DNA from: Pelagomonas calceolata
Taxonomy: Eukaryota
Direction: 5' to 3'
NCBI GenBank assembly: GCA_918797485.1
Contig: CAKKNE010000003.1
Span: forward strand, 1,488,001-1,552,000
DNA length: 64,000 nt
The position numbers were made by a program, and so were the translations under genes. The notes below the pieces were generated by a model. The model was not told the origin of the DNA. It was given only the letters and a program-made list of their open reading frames with translations, and did no database searches. Positions 40,978-51,385 of this stretch are shown piece by piece; position 1 is the first letter of the stretch, and each line of letters begins with the position of its first letter.

Positions 40978-41838
40978 TTACCCCGCGAGTAATACCACCG
41001 CCCCGACCACAAACGAAGCGAACGCCACCGCACCTCTACCAACATCAAGCGCGGAGCTACAAGCGTCCCAGCCTAGCTTGCGCGTGCAGCACTCGAACCC
41101 TAGTGGCGGGCGCGTGTTCTTCGTCAACGGAATCGTGACCTCGTGCAAGCCGTCGGGGCCCTCGGGCACCCTCCTCCCCTTCGAGTCGACCTCGAGCTTG
41201 AACTCGATGGACTTCTTCTCGCAGCCGCCCGGCGCGGCAAACCGAGGTGTGCCGAACATACCTCCACACCCCCAGATGTAGAACAGCCGGTAATACTGCT
41301 GCTCGTCCCAGGTCGTGTGGGCGATGAGTCGCTCCATGTCCCTCGCGTCGCTCAGCTTCGCCTTCCAACAATAAAAACAGACGCGCTCCCACTTCTTCTC
41401 GACTCGCAGCCGTATGTTATCTTTGTTCACTTGGCCCCAGCCGACGGGGCAGGACATTCGCTCCGCGCCGCCGACCTGGCCCTCCCAGCGGACGGGCCCA
41501 ATCCCATTACGTTGCGTCGTCGTCATGGCCGGCCACCAGTGGTCCGGGTCCGGTGGGCTTTTTCTCCACCAACATCTAGGGCAGTGGTCCTCCTTGCCCT
41601 TGACGGTCGGGGCGGGCGTTTCGTCTTGTAGTATTCTAGAGACGTTGAACTGCGGCTTGTGGTCCCGGGCCCAGGCTCGTTCGTCCTCTTCGTAGAGGAA
41701 GCGCGTGCCGTTCGCGGACGCCTCGAATTGTCTGCGCAGGTCGGCCCAGATCTGCTGCTCGTCGGCGGCGAGCTGGCCTAATCGCGCGTGCGTTTGTCCG
41801 GCGGCGACAAGGAGGAGGGTGGTGCGCCGGGGGGCCAT
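40978..41838 (-). CDS. Secreted or membrane-anchored Cys/Trp-rich hypothetical protein
   Basis: Signal-like MAPRRTTLLLVAAG; C-terminal hydrophobic tail GAVAFASFVVGAVVLLAG (TM or GPI signal). Confidence 0.65.
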   Translation of the reverse strand: MAPRRTTLLLVAAGQTHARLGQLAADEQQIWADLRRQFEASANGTRFLYEEDERAWARDHKPQFNVSRILQDETPAPTVKGKEDHCPRCWWRKSPPDPDHWWPAMTTTQRNGIGPVRWEGQVGGAERMSCPVGWGQVNKDNIRLRVEKKWERVCFYCWKAKLSDARDMERLIAHTTWDEQQYYRLFYIWGCGGMFGTPRFAAPGGCEKKSIEFKLEVDSKGRRVPEGPDGLHEVTIPLTKNTRPPLGFECCTRKLGWDACSSALDVGRGAVAFASFVVGAVVLLAG

Positions 41839-41993
41839 GATGGGGCTGCCTCCCGTCGTCTGTGATCGGCGTGGGAGCGGGACCACGGCGTGGGGCTGCT
41901 ATTGGGGGCTGCACGTTTGCGATCTGCGTCCTCTCTGTGAGTTCTACCTCGCCCTTTCGGCGTTAGCGTACAGCGCAGCGTAAAGGTCGTCTT

Positions 41994-42018
41994 GCTAGTG
42001 TGTCTACAGGCCGCTAGC
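41994..42018. promoter_or_regulatory. CTAG-bounded motif copy (GCTAGTGTGTCTACAGGCCGCTAGC)
   Basis: Centred in a divergent spacer, ~156 bp from each flanking ATG (41838 and 42176). Confidence 0.6.
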
Positions 42019-42175
42019 ATTATTTGCTCTCCGTAGTATTGGGGCTGTTTTGAAGCCCCAGTGGGCTCAGAGAAGCAGTTGACAGTGGCGCGCAGCACTC
42101 AGCTAACCACAGGTCAGCCCTGGGACCGAGCCGCGCCTCCGACACGCCCCAAATCAGTCGTAACTCTAAGGCACG

Positions 42176-43840
42176 ATGGATCACGGCGTTTGGCACCAAG
42201 CGAGAGATGCGGGCGGTCGCCTCTATTTTTTCAACGACGCCGGTGAAACGCGCTGGGATTGGCCCGGCGGCGAGGCGGCGCCGCTGGCTGTGCAGAATGC
42301 CTTCGCGGGAGCGCTGCAGCAGCCCGTCGTCCCCGGGGGCAACGCGCCCATCTCGCGAGAGTTGGCGGAGAGATGCCTCGGGGAGATGCGGCGCGACAAA
42401 GCGGAGCTCGCGCGGCTCGAGGGAGAGCTCGCGGCCGCCGCCGACCGCGACTCGCAACTGGATGCCCAATTCGCGGCAGCCGTCGCCGACCGGGCCGCGC
42501 TCGCGACCGCCGCGGCCGAGAGCCGCCGCGCAGCCGCGGACCGCGCCCTCAGCTGCGCCACCGCTGCCTTGGCCGACGCGTGGCTCGCGACGGAGGCCCG
42601 TCTGCCCGACGTCGAGGCCGCCTGGGCCCGGGCCTGGCCCGCGCCCGCGCCCGCGCCGCCCCCGGACGACGACGACCTCCGGCAGCTGCTTGACGGCGAC
42701 GCCGCCGCGCCACCGGCGCCGATGGAGACGGACGACGACGACGACCTGGCCCGCGCCCTCGCCATGTCGCGCGAGGAGGCGCCGCCGCCGCCGCCTGAAG
42801 ACGAAGACATTGACGGCGACGGCATGGCCTTCGATCCCGCGCTCCTGCAACCGGCCACCCGGTGGCCGGGTCCCACCGGCGGCGACAGCACCGACGACGA
42901 CACGCCGCCGTCGCCCGCGCCCGCGCGGCCCACGCGCGCGCCGAAACGCCCCAAGAAGCTCGAGGACGCCGCGCCGGCGCCGAAGAAGCGGGCGCGTGTG
43001 TCGACGGACGGTGCGCCGCTAGCGCGCGATCCTCCCGGCGCCACGGCCGCGGCGCCGGACAGCATCATGGCCACGGTCCAGGGCCAGCTGTCGGACACGC
43101 TTTATAGCAAGAAGCAGATATTGGAGCTCATGCCCAACGGCCAGGGCTCGCACGTGCCCGCGGTCTACGCGGCAGGGGGCGTGATCTACGCGCTTTGCTT
43201 CTCCGAGGACTCGAACCCGGGCCTGCCGACCGTCGTCGAGATCTCCTGCGGCACGCAGCGCCGGAAGCAAGTGACCCAGTTTCAGGAGCTCCAGCGTCGC
43301 CGCGGGACTGTCCCTCTGTTCGTCTGCCTCAAGACGGCGCGCGGCCGCCTCGAGCTCCTACCGAGCGGCTCGGGTAGCAAGGGGTTCCGCTTCGCCGGCA
43401 TGCGCTCGGTTGTGTCCGTGGAGACACACTCGACGCCGAAAATGGTCGGCGGCGAAGCGAGGCAGGCGACCGTGACGCTGTCGGCGCCGACCGCGGGAGA
43501 AACATGCCCGCTGCAGGTCGCTGGCATCCCTCGAGCCATCCAGGTCGCGGGAGCGCCGGCGCCGGCGCCGGCTCCGCCCGCTGCGCCGCCCGTGACGCCG
43601 GCTCCGGCTCCTCCGCCGCGACCCGCGGCGCCAGTGACACCGGCCCAGCCGCGCATGGTGACCTCGGGGGCGGTGTGGAGTGAGGGTGCGGCGTCCGGCG
43701 TGATGGTCCGGTGCCCAGAAGGCGTCGGCGTCGGGCAGACTCTGATGTTCGAACACTCCGAGTCGGGCAGAAAATTCAAGGTCGTCGTGCCCGCCGGGGT
43801 CGCACCGGGGCAGGAGTTCCGCGTGCCCCTGCCCTCGTAA
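42176..43840 (+). CDS. WW-domain, coiled-coil and UIM protein with C-terminal VPxG..PG module
   Basis: WHQARDAGGRLYFFNDAGETRWDWP; DDDDLARALAMSREE; VVPAGVAPGQEFRV. Confidence 0.7.
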   Translation: MDHGVWHQARDAGGRLYFFNDAGETRWDWPGGEAAPLAVQNAFAGALQQPVVPGGNAPISRELAERCLGEMRRDKAELARLEGELAAAADRDSQLDAQFAAAVADRAALATAAAESRRAAADRALSCATAALADAWLATEARLPDVEAAWARAWPAPAPAPPPDDDDLRQLLDGDAAAPPAPMETDDDDDLARALAMSREEAPPPPPEDEDIDGDGMAFDPALLQPATRWPGPTGGDSTDDDTPPSPAPARPTRAPKRPKKLEDAAPAPKKRARVSTDGAPLARDPPGATAAAPDSIMATVQGQLSDTLYSKKQILELMPNGQGSHVPAVYAAGGVIYALCFSEDSNPGLPTVVEISCGTQRRKQVTQFQELQRRRGTVPLFVCLKTARGRLELLPSGSGSKGFRFAGMRSVVSVETHSTPKMVGGEARQATVTLSAPTAGETCPLQVAGIPRAIQVAGAPAPAPAPPAAPPVTPAPAPPPRPAAPVTPAQPRMVTSGAVWSEGAASGVMVRCPEGVGVGQTLMFEHSESGRKFKVVVPAGVAPGQEFRVPLPS

Positions 43841-43863
43841 GTAGACTGATTGTGCTAATAGAG

Positions 43864-44829
43864 TTACCTCGCGTCGCGCGTCCCCGGCAGAGCACCCACT
43901 GGATTCCCACCCACAAAGCGCGCCAGAGCCATCGCCGTGGGCAGGGGCTGCTCGAGGTGCGGGACGTGGCCGCACGCGTCGACGAAGCGGATGTCCGCGT
44001 CGGGCAGGGCGGACGCGAACTGGGGCAAAGCATCCGCGGGAGGCAAGATTTCATCAGAATCACCCCAGAGGATGAGCGTGTCCTCGTCGCGCAGCGCGGG
44101 CGCCACGATATCGGACACGGAGTAGCCGCCCCCCAGGAGCCAGGCCACGGCGTCGTCCTCCCACGCGTCGCGCTCGCAATGCAAGAGCCCGACGCGGATC
44201 GCGTCGAAGTTGCCCAACCTTTTGTCCTTGTACGCGATGACGTTCGCGAGGGCGCGCAGCGGCCAGCTTCGTAACACGCGGACGCCCAGGCGCGCGCCCC
44301 ACTCCGGCACCGGCGGCGCCCCGTCGATGAAGCACTGGGGCCCGATCAACGCTACTTTTTCGACGTTCTCCACCTGACCGTTCCGCAGCGCGTCGACGAC
44401 GACCGCGGCGCCCAGCGACGCGCCCGCGAGGACGCAGGGGCCCCGGACGACGTCTCTGACGAACTCCTCTATTTGTTTCCGCTTCGCTTCTATAGAAACG
44501 CCTTGCTTTGGTGTTGTTAAGCCCCATCCGACCAAATCGAGGGCGTAGGCCTCGACACCCTGTGCCTCGAGCTGAGGGAGCAATCTACGGTACTCGAATA
44601 ATGAAGAGTCGAAGCCGTGCAGGAGGACCAACGCCGGCGCGGCGCTCTTCGCATTCGTGCGCACGAACGTCGTCCGGGACGAGGGCAGGTCCACTTCCTC
44701 ATATTTCGCGGCGAGGTCGAGGGCCGCCGGCTCCTCGACCTCCGCGAGCTTCTCTCTTATTACGGACGTCACGGCGTTGGGCGCCAGGGCGTGGCTTGTT
44801 GCGGCGAGCAGCGCTAGTTTTGCAATCAT
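43864..44829 (-). CDS. Alpha/beta hydrolase, probably plastid-targeted
   Basis: VLLHGFDSSLFEYRRL, DLVGWG, GASLG nucleophile elbow, ILWGDSDEIL, CGHVPHLEQP. Confidence 0.9.
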   Translation of the reverse strand: MIAKLALLAATSHALAPNAVTSVIREKLAEVEEPAALDLAAKYEEVDLPSSRTTFVRTNAKSAAPALVLLHGFDSSLFEYRRLLPQLEAQGVEAYALDLVGWGLTTPKQGVSIEAKRKQIEEFVRDVVRGPCVLAGASLGAAVVVDALRNGQVENVEKVALIGPQCFIDGAPPVPEWGARLGVRVLRSWPLRALANVIAYKDKRLGNFDAIRVGLLHCERDAWEDDAVAWLLGGGYSVSDIVAPALRDEDTLILWGDSDEILPPADALPQFASALPDADIRFVDACGHVPHLEQPLPTAMALARFVGGNPVGALPGTRDAR

Positions 44830-45182
44830 TTTGCTGCTAGCTTGCAAAATGCAAAGCTGTGAGTGGATATTGCAAAAACTGCTGCAATAAAGCGCTTGCA
44901 ATGCAGTGGTTTGCAAGCGACGACCGCGATAGCGTCAGAGACGACCAGTTTACTGCAAGCGCAGTCGTATTGGCCGCAAGCTCGCCTGCATCCAATTGTG
45001 AGATGAATGACAAGCCATCTCCCAAAGGCGGGTTTTCGCGACAGGTGCCAGGGACACAGTGGGCTGCCACGATGTGCTCAACTGCGCGCTGGCGGCATAG
45101 GTGGCGGAACCCACTAGAGTTGCTCGAAGCCCCGACCAGTGTCCATCAGTTTGGTCTTTGGCAGCCCAAAAACGCCGCAACG

Positions 45183-46169
45183 ATGCTGCCCCAGCGGCAG
45201 AGCGGCACGCCGACGGCGCTGCAACGCGCCGTACGCGCGCGCGAAGCCGCGAAACCCAAGAAGCAGCGACGCAAATGGAACATACAGCCGGTGCGGCTTG
45301 CTGCTGCGGACCGGGTGGCCTACCCGCCGGGCCAGCGGCCGGCGCCGCGCCCGCGCACGCCGGCCGCGCCGAGCGAGAAGACGTCGGTGCCGCGCGCGCG
45401 CACGCCGGCGGTCGACGCACCCAAATCGTCGCGCACGCCCCGCGTGACACCCCCCAAAACAGCAATCACGAGCCACGCGGCGCTCGCGGCCAAGCGCGCG
45501 CGCCACCTCGCCGCGGGCGACGCCACGCCGCGGCATCAGCCCGCGCCGGCGCTGGCGTCGGTGCCGGCGCCGAAGGCACTGATACCCGAGGAGCAGCCCG
45601 TCCGCGGCGCCGCCCAGGCGCGCGCCGTGACGCCCGACGAGGGCTCTCATCAGAGGCGGGACCTGCGGGCCGTCGTCTACGACGCCGAGAAAAAAACACT
45701 GCTGTGGCAGGCGCCGGAAGGTGTACAACCGGTGCCGTACGGGGAGGCACTCACTATGGCGCGGCCGCCGCGCTACGTGCGCGCATTCTACGACGTCGCC
45801 TCGGGTGAGACCTGCTGGACGGCCGACGAGCGCGTTCCGGCGGCCGCGCCCGACGCGGCCGACGCCTCGGAGGACGCCTCGGAGGACGCCGCGTCCGACG
45901 CCTGCATCGACGCGCGCGGCACGGCGGCGTCGCCCGTCGCGTCGCCCGCGGCGTCTTCGGAGTATTCCGAGGCCTTCGAGACGGACGACGAGAGCTTCGC
46001 GGTCGACGATGCGGAGGTCGGCGCGTCCTGCTTCTTCGACGACGTGTGCAACCACGGCGTCGCGGAGAAGCGACGACACCTGGCCCTCGACGGCGGCATG
46101 GAGGAGATGCGGCGGCGCATCGAGCGCATGGAGGTGTCGCTCCGCGAGGGGGGCATCGTACCTGCGTAA
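45183..46169 (+). CDS. Hypothetical protein
   Basis: ORF divergent from the hydrolase; two short beta-motifs (VYDAEKKTLLW, FYDVASGETCW); acidic tail. Confidence 0.5.
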   Translation: MLPQRQSGTPTALQRAVRAREAAKPKKQRRKWNIQPVRLAAADRVAYPPGQRPAPRPRTPAAPSEKTSVPRARTPAVDAPKSSRTPRVTPPKTAITSHAALAAKRARHLAAGDATPRHQPAPALASVPAPKALIPEEQPVRGAAQARAVTPDEGSHQRRDLRAVVYDAEKKTLLWQAPEGVQPVPYGEALTMARPPRYVRAFYDVASGETCWTADERVPAAAPDAADASEDASEDAASDACIDARGTAASPVASPAASSEYSEAFETDDESFAVDDAEVGASCFFDDVCNHGVAEKRRHLALDGGMEEMRRRIERMEVSLREGGIVPA

Positions 46170-46372
46170 TGATTCCAACGAGTGACTCCCGAGGACGACG
46201 GACACGATTCACGCGAAACCCCGGCGCTGCTGCGGCGATGGCGTGCCGGTGAACTCGCGTCGACTCGGACCACTTGCACGCCATCGAAGCGACGACGGCG
46301 TCGCCGTCGAACGCCATCGACGCGTAGCGATGGCGTGGAGTCGTGGACGTGACGATTCGAGTAGCGGTCATA

Positions 46373-47479
46373 CTATGAGGACCTTACGTCGATCTTCCCC
46401 TGCGTCTCGATCCCGTGGTCCCCCGGCGTCGCGTTCGGGTTCAGCGCGGCACCCAAATAAGAAAACGACACGACGCCCTTCGCGCCCTTCCGGTACACGT
46501 CGAAGACCTTGCGGAACTCGTCCGTGTTCCAGATCTTGAACTTCTTGGGCTTCGAGCCGTCGCCCTTATCGAACACTAGGATCACTTTCACCTTCTCCGC
46601 CGGCTTCGCCTGCGCCTTCGGCGAGGCGCGCTTCTTCTTGGCTGGCGCCGCTGCTGGACTCTTGGCCGGCGACGGCTGCGCGGGGCCCTCGCCCGGCCGC
46701 GGCCGCTTCCTTCCCCTGGGAGGAGCCTTGCAGTCGATCATGTCCTCGGACTCCATGTCCAACGCTCGAGGTTTGCTACCGGCGCCGACGACCTCCCCAT
46801 CGAACACAAACTTGCAATCATAAGCGTTGACGCCTCGATCACACGCATACCGTTCGAACAACTCGGCGAAGGGCTCGTCCTCCCGGATCTCGTAATCTAG
46901 GGGCTTGCCGTCGCCCTCGGTCCGGATCTTGATCTTGAGCAAAGCGCCGCCGTACTTCGGGGCTGCCGGCTTCGGCGGCGCCTCCACCTGAACGCGCCGC
47001 CGTCTCGTCGGTTGCGCCACGACGGGCTCGTCGTCGCTCTCGGCCAGATTCTCGACCTTGCGCTCGGCTTGTCTCATCGCTTCCCGCGCAGCTCTCGACT
47101 CCCTCAACATCCGCAGCCGCCGCTTCGTGTCCTCGTCGGCGTCGTCGTCGTCATCAGACGATTCTTGCTTCTTGCGAGCCTTCTTTTTTTTGGGCGGAGA
47201 TGGCTTTGTAGGCTCATCATCATCCACGTTAATGGCGGGCGCAAAGGCCTCGACGTCGTCATCGATCTCTATCGTTTCGTGTTGCTTTTTGCGCGTCGGT
47301 GCCTTGGTCTTGGCGGGGCTCTTCTTCGGCTTCTTGCCCTTTTTTTCCTTGGCCTCGGCCTCGGCCCGCCGCTGGCGCTCCAATTCGCGCTCGAACTCGC
47401 CGTCGCTGACGTCGTCGTCGCTTGAGCTCGAGCTTTCTCCGCCGCCGAAGGCCTTGGCCTTGTACTGGAAGACGGACAT
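46373..47479 (-). CDS. Rad60/Esc2/NIP45-like protein with tandem SUMO-like domains
   Basis: Acidic/basic N-terminus; KIKIRT..YEIREDEPFAELFERY..KFVFDGE..LDMESEDMID; second Ubl FSYLGAALNPNATPGDHGIETQGKIDV lacking a C-terminal diGly. Confidence 0.8.
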   Translation of the reverse strand: MSVFQYKAKAFGGGESSSSSDDDVSDGEFERELERQRRAEAEAKEKKGKKPKKSPAKTKAPTRKKQHETIEIDDDVEAFAPAINVDDDEPTKPSPPKKKKARKKQESSDDDDDADEDTKRRLRMLRESRAAREAMRQAERKVENLAESDDEPVVAQPTRRRRVQVEAPPKPAAPKYGGALLKIKIRTEGDGKPLDYEIREDEPFAELFERYACDRGVNAYDCKFVFDGEVVGAGSKPRALDMESEDMIDCKAPPRGRKRPRPGEGPAQPSPAKSPAAAPAKKKRASPKAQAKPAEKVKVILVFDKGDGSKPKKFKIWNTDEFRKVFDVYRKGAKGVVSFSYLGAALNPNATPGDHGIETQGKIDVRSS

Positions 47480-47654
47480 CTCTGGCCGCGCGTTGCCAAC
47501 AGTGGCTGATATGCTGTTTTGGCTTTTGCAGGGCTGCTAGGCCCGAACCACTCGCACAGCGCTGCTTGGGTGGTTATGTACGAGTGCTGGCGCTGCTTTC
47601 TGGCGTCGCGCGCGCCCAGCTACGCTAAAAGACGCTAAAAATAATCGCAGCCGC

Positions 47655-47677
47655 CTAACGCTCTGTAACATACTAGC
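47655..47677. promoter_or_regulatory. CTAG-bounded motif copy, reverse and degenerate (revcomp GCTAGTATGTTACAGAGCGTTAG)
   Basis: Divergent spacer between the Rad60-like gene and MAD2. Confidence 0.45.
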
Positions 47678-47915
47678 TCCGCAGCCAGAGGCGCCAGTTC
47701 ACGTCTCGTGTGCGCTAGATAGCGCGCTTACCTACCGACCGCGGCTCTCGGAGGAGCCAGCCGATCCATCGCGAGCGGACGGCCGCGGCAACCGGCGCCC
47801 TCGAGACGCAGCGGCACCGCTACAAGCCGAACAACGAGCAGCGCGCAAAAGCCGCCGGCGCAGCGCGTAGACCTACCGCGGCACGCCGTCGACGCGCCGA
47901 CGCGCCGACGACACC

Positions 47916-48729
47916 ATGGCCGACGGCGCCACGTCCACCATTTCGCTGAGAGGCAGCGTCGACCTCGTCCAGGAGTTCTTCGAGTACGCGATTAACTCGA
48001 TCCTGTACCAGCGCGGCATCTACCCGCCCGAGGAGTTTCGGAGGGTGGCAAAGTACGGGCTGAGCATGATGGTCGCTAGTGATGACGGCCTCCAGACCTA
48101 CCTGAAGAAGATTTTGGCCCAACTCAAGACGTGGCTTGAGGAGGGCGACGTCCAGCGATTAGTCGTCGTCGTGACCTGTGTGGAAATCAACCATGTCGGG
48201 TGCACCCGACAATTCTTCACTAAGTAATTTCTCGGCGATGACGCGGCCGACCTGGCTCGGTCGAGCGGCGAGGAACCGGCATCGCCACGCCGTCGAGCAG
48301 GTGTCGCGTCGATGGCGTGGAGGGCGACGCGACGATTCAGGACGAACGCGCCGTAAAATTTTGATTTCCACACAGGTCGTGACGGGCGTCGAGACCAACG
48401 AAACGCTAGAACGGTGGACCTTCGCCGTGAACGCCTGCGACACGGAGAACGCCGCGCCATCAACCGCGGGAGACATCAAGGCCATTACCAAACAGATCCA
48501 GGCCATCATCCGCCAGATTACCGCAAGCGTGACGTTCCTGCCTTTACTAGACGAGGCCTGCGCCTTCGATCTGCTCGTGTACACGCGGAAGACGGCGGCC
48601 GTGCCGGGCGCGTGGGAGGACTCGGACCCGAAGTACATCGCCGACTCGCAAGAAGTGAAATTGCGGTCGTTCACGACGTCCGTGCACTCCGTCGAGGCGG
48701 CGGTGGCGTACAAGGACCACGACGCCTGA
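47916..48729 (+). CDS. MAD2: Mitotic spindle checkpoint protein MAD2 (HORMA); exons 47916-48167 and 48376-48729, 201 aa
   Basis: ISLRGSVDLVQEFFEYAINSILYQRGIYPPEEF..KYGL; LERWTF; IQAIIRQITASVTFLPLL; VKLRSFTTSVH. Confidence 0.97.
48176..48375. mobile_element. Introner element copy (200 bp); TSD GTCGTGAC; intron 48168-48375
   Basis: Intact TIRs; identical 8-mers at 48168-48175 and 48376-48383. Confidence 0.95.
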
Positions 48730-48937
48730 GTAGTCGTGGGCTAAGGTCGAAGTGTTTTATATATCGTGGTTCCGCGTCGAGGGGGGCAGCACCTGCCGGC
48801 GGCACGTCGCTGATGAGAGAGATATAGTTTAAACTATTACAACAGCACTCCGTGTTGCGGAGACAGAGACTGGATCGACCCGCCGCCGGCCCGAAGGCGC
48901 GCGAACGCCAACAGGGCGCAGGCCAAATCCAATCCGA

Positions 48938-51385
48938 TCAGCAATGCCGCTTGGCGGCGGGCTCGTCGCGCGGGCCGTTCTCGGCCAGCGCGCGCCGCCG
49001 CGGCGACGGCGCGGCGACGGCGCACGGCGCCGGAGCCGGAGCAGAAGCCGCCGAGAGGAGGTCGCGAAAGACGGCCTCCGGGATGCACGGGACGCGGTGC
49101 TTCCGCGCGGCCTTGACCGCGCCGCATTCCTTACTGAGATGACCGTAGACGAGAAAGTCCGTCTTCTTCGTGACGCTCTTGTGGACCGTGGCGCCGAGGC
49201 GCTGGATCTCCGCGCGGACCTGGTGCAGAGTTAGGCCCGTCACGCCGCCCGTCCGCGCGACGCCCTTGCCGCGCAGGGCCTGGGGCGTCAACCGGTCATC
49301 GCACCAGACGATCGGCGTCGCTTCCAGGCGCGCCACGCGCGCCGCCTTCGCCCGCTCGATCGCACCCTCCTCCAGGAGCGACATGAAGTAGTCGACGTCG
49401 ACGAGGCGGTTGCCGGCCTTCGTGACGTTGCCGTCGCCCGAGCCAATGCGTCCGATGACGTAGTGCGTGTCGCCGCTCGTGGCGCGTGTGACCGCCTCGA
49501 CGTGCAGGAGCTCCACCAGAACGTCTTTCAGCTTCTGCTTCGATGCGGGCAGATCCCCCCCAGAGATCACGACGCGCTTGTCGCGGAAGTCCTGCAACGA
49601 GGGCCGCACTTCCGTCGGCGGCGGCGGCGCGCGGGGGCGTGACGGCAGCGTGACGGCGGCGCGGGCGCCGCCGCCGGCCTCGGCCTCGATGCCGCGCTGA
49701 AACGCCGCGAGCAGCTTCGGCATGCGCTGGGCGCACTGCTTTGCCGACCGCGTGCCGACGCGCTTCGCGGCGGTGTTCGTCCATAAGTGCATCGTGCCGT
49801 TGTTGGTCGCTTTGTAGGCCTCCCAAAGTAGGGCGTCCTCGTCGGGCAACCACTTTCGGTAAGGCGACGGCGTGGCGTCCGGAGAAGCGGTAGACGGCGA
49901 CGGCGCGGCGGGCAGCAGCGCGGGCAGCGGTTCAGGAGCGACGGCAGCAGCGGCGGCGAGCGGCGTCAGAACGGAGGGCGGCGAGGACGGCGGAGACGGC
50001 ACGGAGACGGACGTCTTCTTGCGAGGGCGGCTGCGCGGCCGAGGTGCCATGCACTCCTTCACGGCCTTCTCGAGGAGCGGGCCCGACAAATCGAGGACCG
50101 GCGAGGGCTGCTTCTTGAGGAAGGCTTCCAAGCGCTTCTTGAGGCCGCCGTTCAACTTGTTCTTGATGAAGTGGTCCGTCCGGCCCGGGAGTCGCTTGGC
50201 AATTGCGCCCGGGCCCTTCTTGCGGGATACTTCGGATAATACTATCCTGAGCTCCTCCTTCGTGAGCGGCACCTTCGACATGTTCGGGTCCAACTCGTAC
50301 TTCCAGCGGCGGCGGCACTGCTTGTCCGTTCTATCGGGCATCGTCGCGGCGACCTTCGGCCAATAACCATGGCGGCCAGATGTGGACGGGGGCGGGCCCG
50401 CCACAAAGACGGCCCGCCTCAGCGCCGCGTCCTGCTCGCCCGTCCACACCTCGCCGTAGCGCACGTGCGTCGCAGCTTGCGTCGACCGCGCCGCCGCGAG
50501 CGCCGCCGCGTCCGCGCACGCCTTCTCGATCGCGTCGCGGTCCTCCCGCGGGAAGTGGCCGAGGTCGACGACGGCCAGACCATGACCGCGCCCGGCGCCA
50601 ATGCCGCCGGAGACGCCCGGCGCGGGGCCGAGCGGCGCGTCGGCGCGTCGCAGCGCGAGCGCGCCGTAAGTGTTGCCGCAGGCGCTAGGCGAGCGCACCA
50701 CGCCCGGGAACCGCGCGTTAACGAGCGCGGCGACGGCATCCCAGTAGCCGGTGCCGCCCTGCGCCTTGACGACCTCAACGAGGAAGTCCTGCGCCTCTAG
50801 CGACCACCGGACATTGGTGATGCCGGTGTAGCCAGGCACAAGTGTGCCATCTCGCAGGGCCAGCTGGTACAGGTCGCGCGTGCCGTCAAACGTGCCGGCG
50901 GGCACGGTCGAGCAGCAGCAGTACAGGACGAGCGAGCCATCGTCGTCCTTGTGCACGCTGGCGCCGCAGAGGTTGATGTTCAGCTCGTCAAAGCCCTGGC
51001 CGAAGAGCTGGCGCAGCGCCTTCACGACGGCCCGGCGCCAGGTCTCCTCGGCGCCGACGCCGTCGGCGTACGCCTTGCCGTCGGCCTTGTAACCCTGGAG
51101 GTTCTTGACCTTGACGGCGAACGTGAACATCTGCGCGTCGCCGTCCTCGAGGCCCTCGAGGCCGAGGTTGTTGAGGGGCATCGAGTGCACGCCGATGATG
51201 CTCTTGGCGGCGACCCAGTGCTTGGAGCCGCCCAAATAGACGCTTTTGAGCTTGAAACCGGCCTCGTGAAGCCTGCGGACGACGTCAGCGGCCACTGATG
51301 TGATGGCCTCGCCGAGGTACTCGACTTCAAAGAGTTGCACGTTGCGGCCGCGCAGCGTGGAGGACATGGTCACGTGGAAGGACAT
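48938..51385 (-). CDS. Multi-Myb/SANT protein with two C-terminal BRCT domains
   Basis: WTGEQDAALRRAV..WPKVAATMPDRTDKQCRRRWKYELDP..IAKRLPGRTDHFIKN; two further Myb-like repeats; BRCT LRGKGVARTG...LGATVHKSVTKKTDFLVYG...KAARKHRVPCI. Confidence 0.8.
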   Translation of the reverse strand: MSFHVTMSSTLRGRNVQLFEVEYLGEAITSVAADVVRRLHEAGFKLKSVYLGGSKHWVAAKSIIGVHSMPLNNLGLEGLEDGDAQMFTFAVKVKNLQGYKADGKAYADGVGAEETWRRAVVKALRQLFGQGFDELNINLCGASVHKDDDGSLVLYCCCSTVPAGTFDGTRDLYQLALRDGTLVPGYTGITNVRWSLEAQDFLVEVVKAQGGTGYWDAVAALVNARFPGVVRSPSACGNTYGALALRRADAPLGPAPGVSGGIGAGRGHGLAVVDLGHFPREDRDAIEKACADAAALAAARSTQAATHVRYGEVWTGEQDAALRRAVFVAGPPPSTSGRHGYWPKVAATMPDRTDKQCRRRWKYELDPNMSKVPLTKEELRIVLSEVSRKKGPGAIAKRLPGRTDHFIKNKLNGGLKKRLEAFLKKQPSPVLDLSGPLLEKAVKECMAPRPRSRPRKKTSVSVPSPPSSPPSVLTPLAAAAAVAPEPLPALLPAAPSPSTASPDATPSPYRKWLPDEDALLWEAYKATNNGTMHLWTNTAAKRVGTRSAKQCAQRMPKLLAAFQRGIEAEAGGGARAAVTLPSRPRAPPPPTEVRPSLQDFRDKRVVISGGDLPASKQKLKDVLVELLHVEAVTRATSGDTHYVIGRIGSGDGNVTKAGNRLVDVDYFMSLLEEGAIERAKAARVARLEATPIVWCDDRLTPQALRGKGVARTGGVTGLTLHQVRAEIQRLGATVHKSVTKKTDFLVYGHLSKECGAVKAARKHRVPCIPEAVFRDLLSAASAPAPAPCAVAAPSPRRRALAENGPRDEPAAKRHC

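Noticed and set aside
48938..51385. Myb-BRCT gene as the autonomous partner of the introners (Harbinger-type Myb protein)
   Set aside because: No adjacent DDE transposase or TIRs, and Harbinger makes 3-bp TSDs, not 8-bp.
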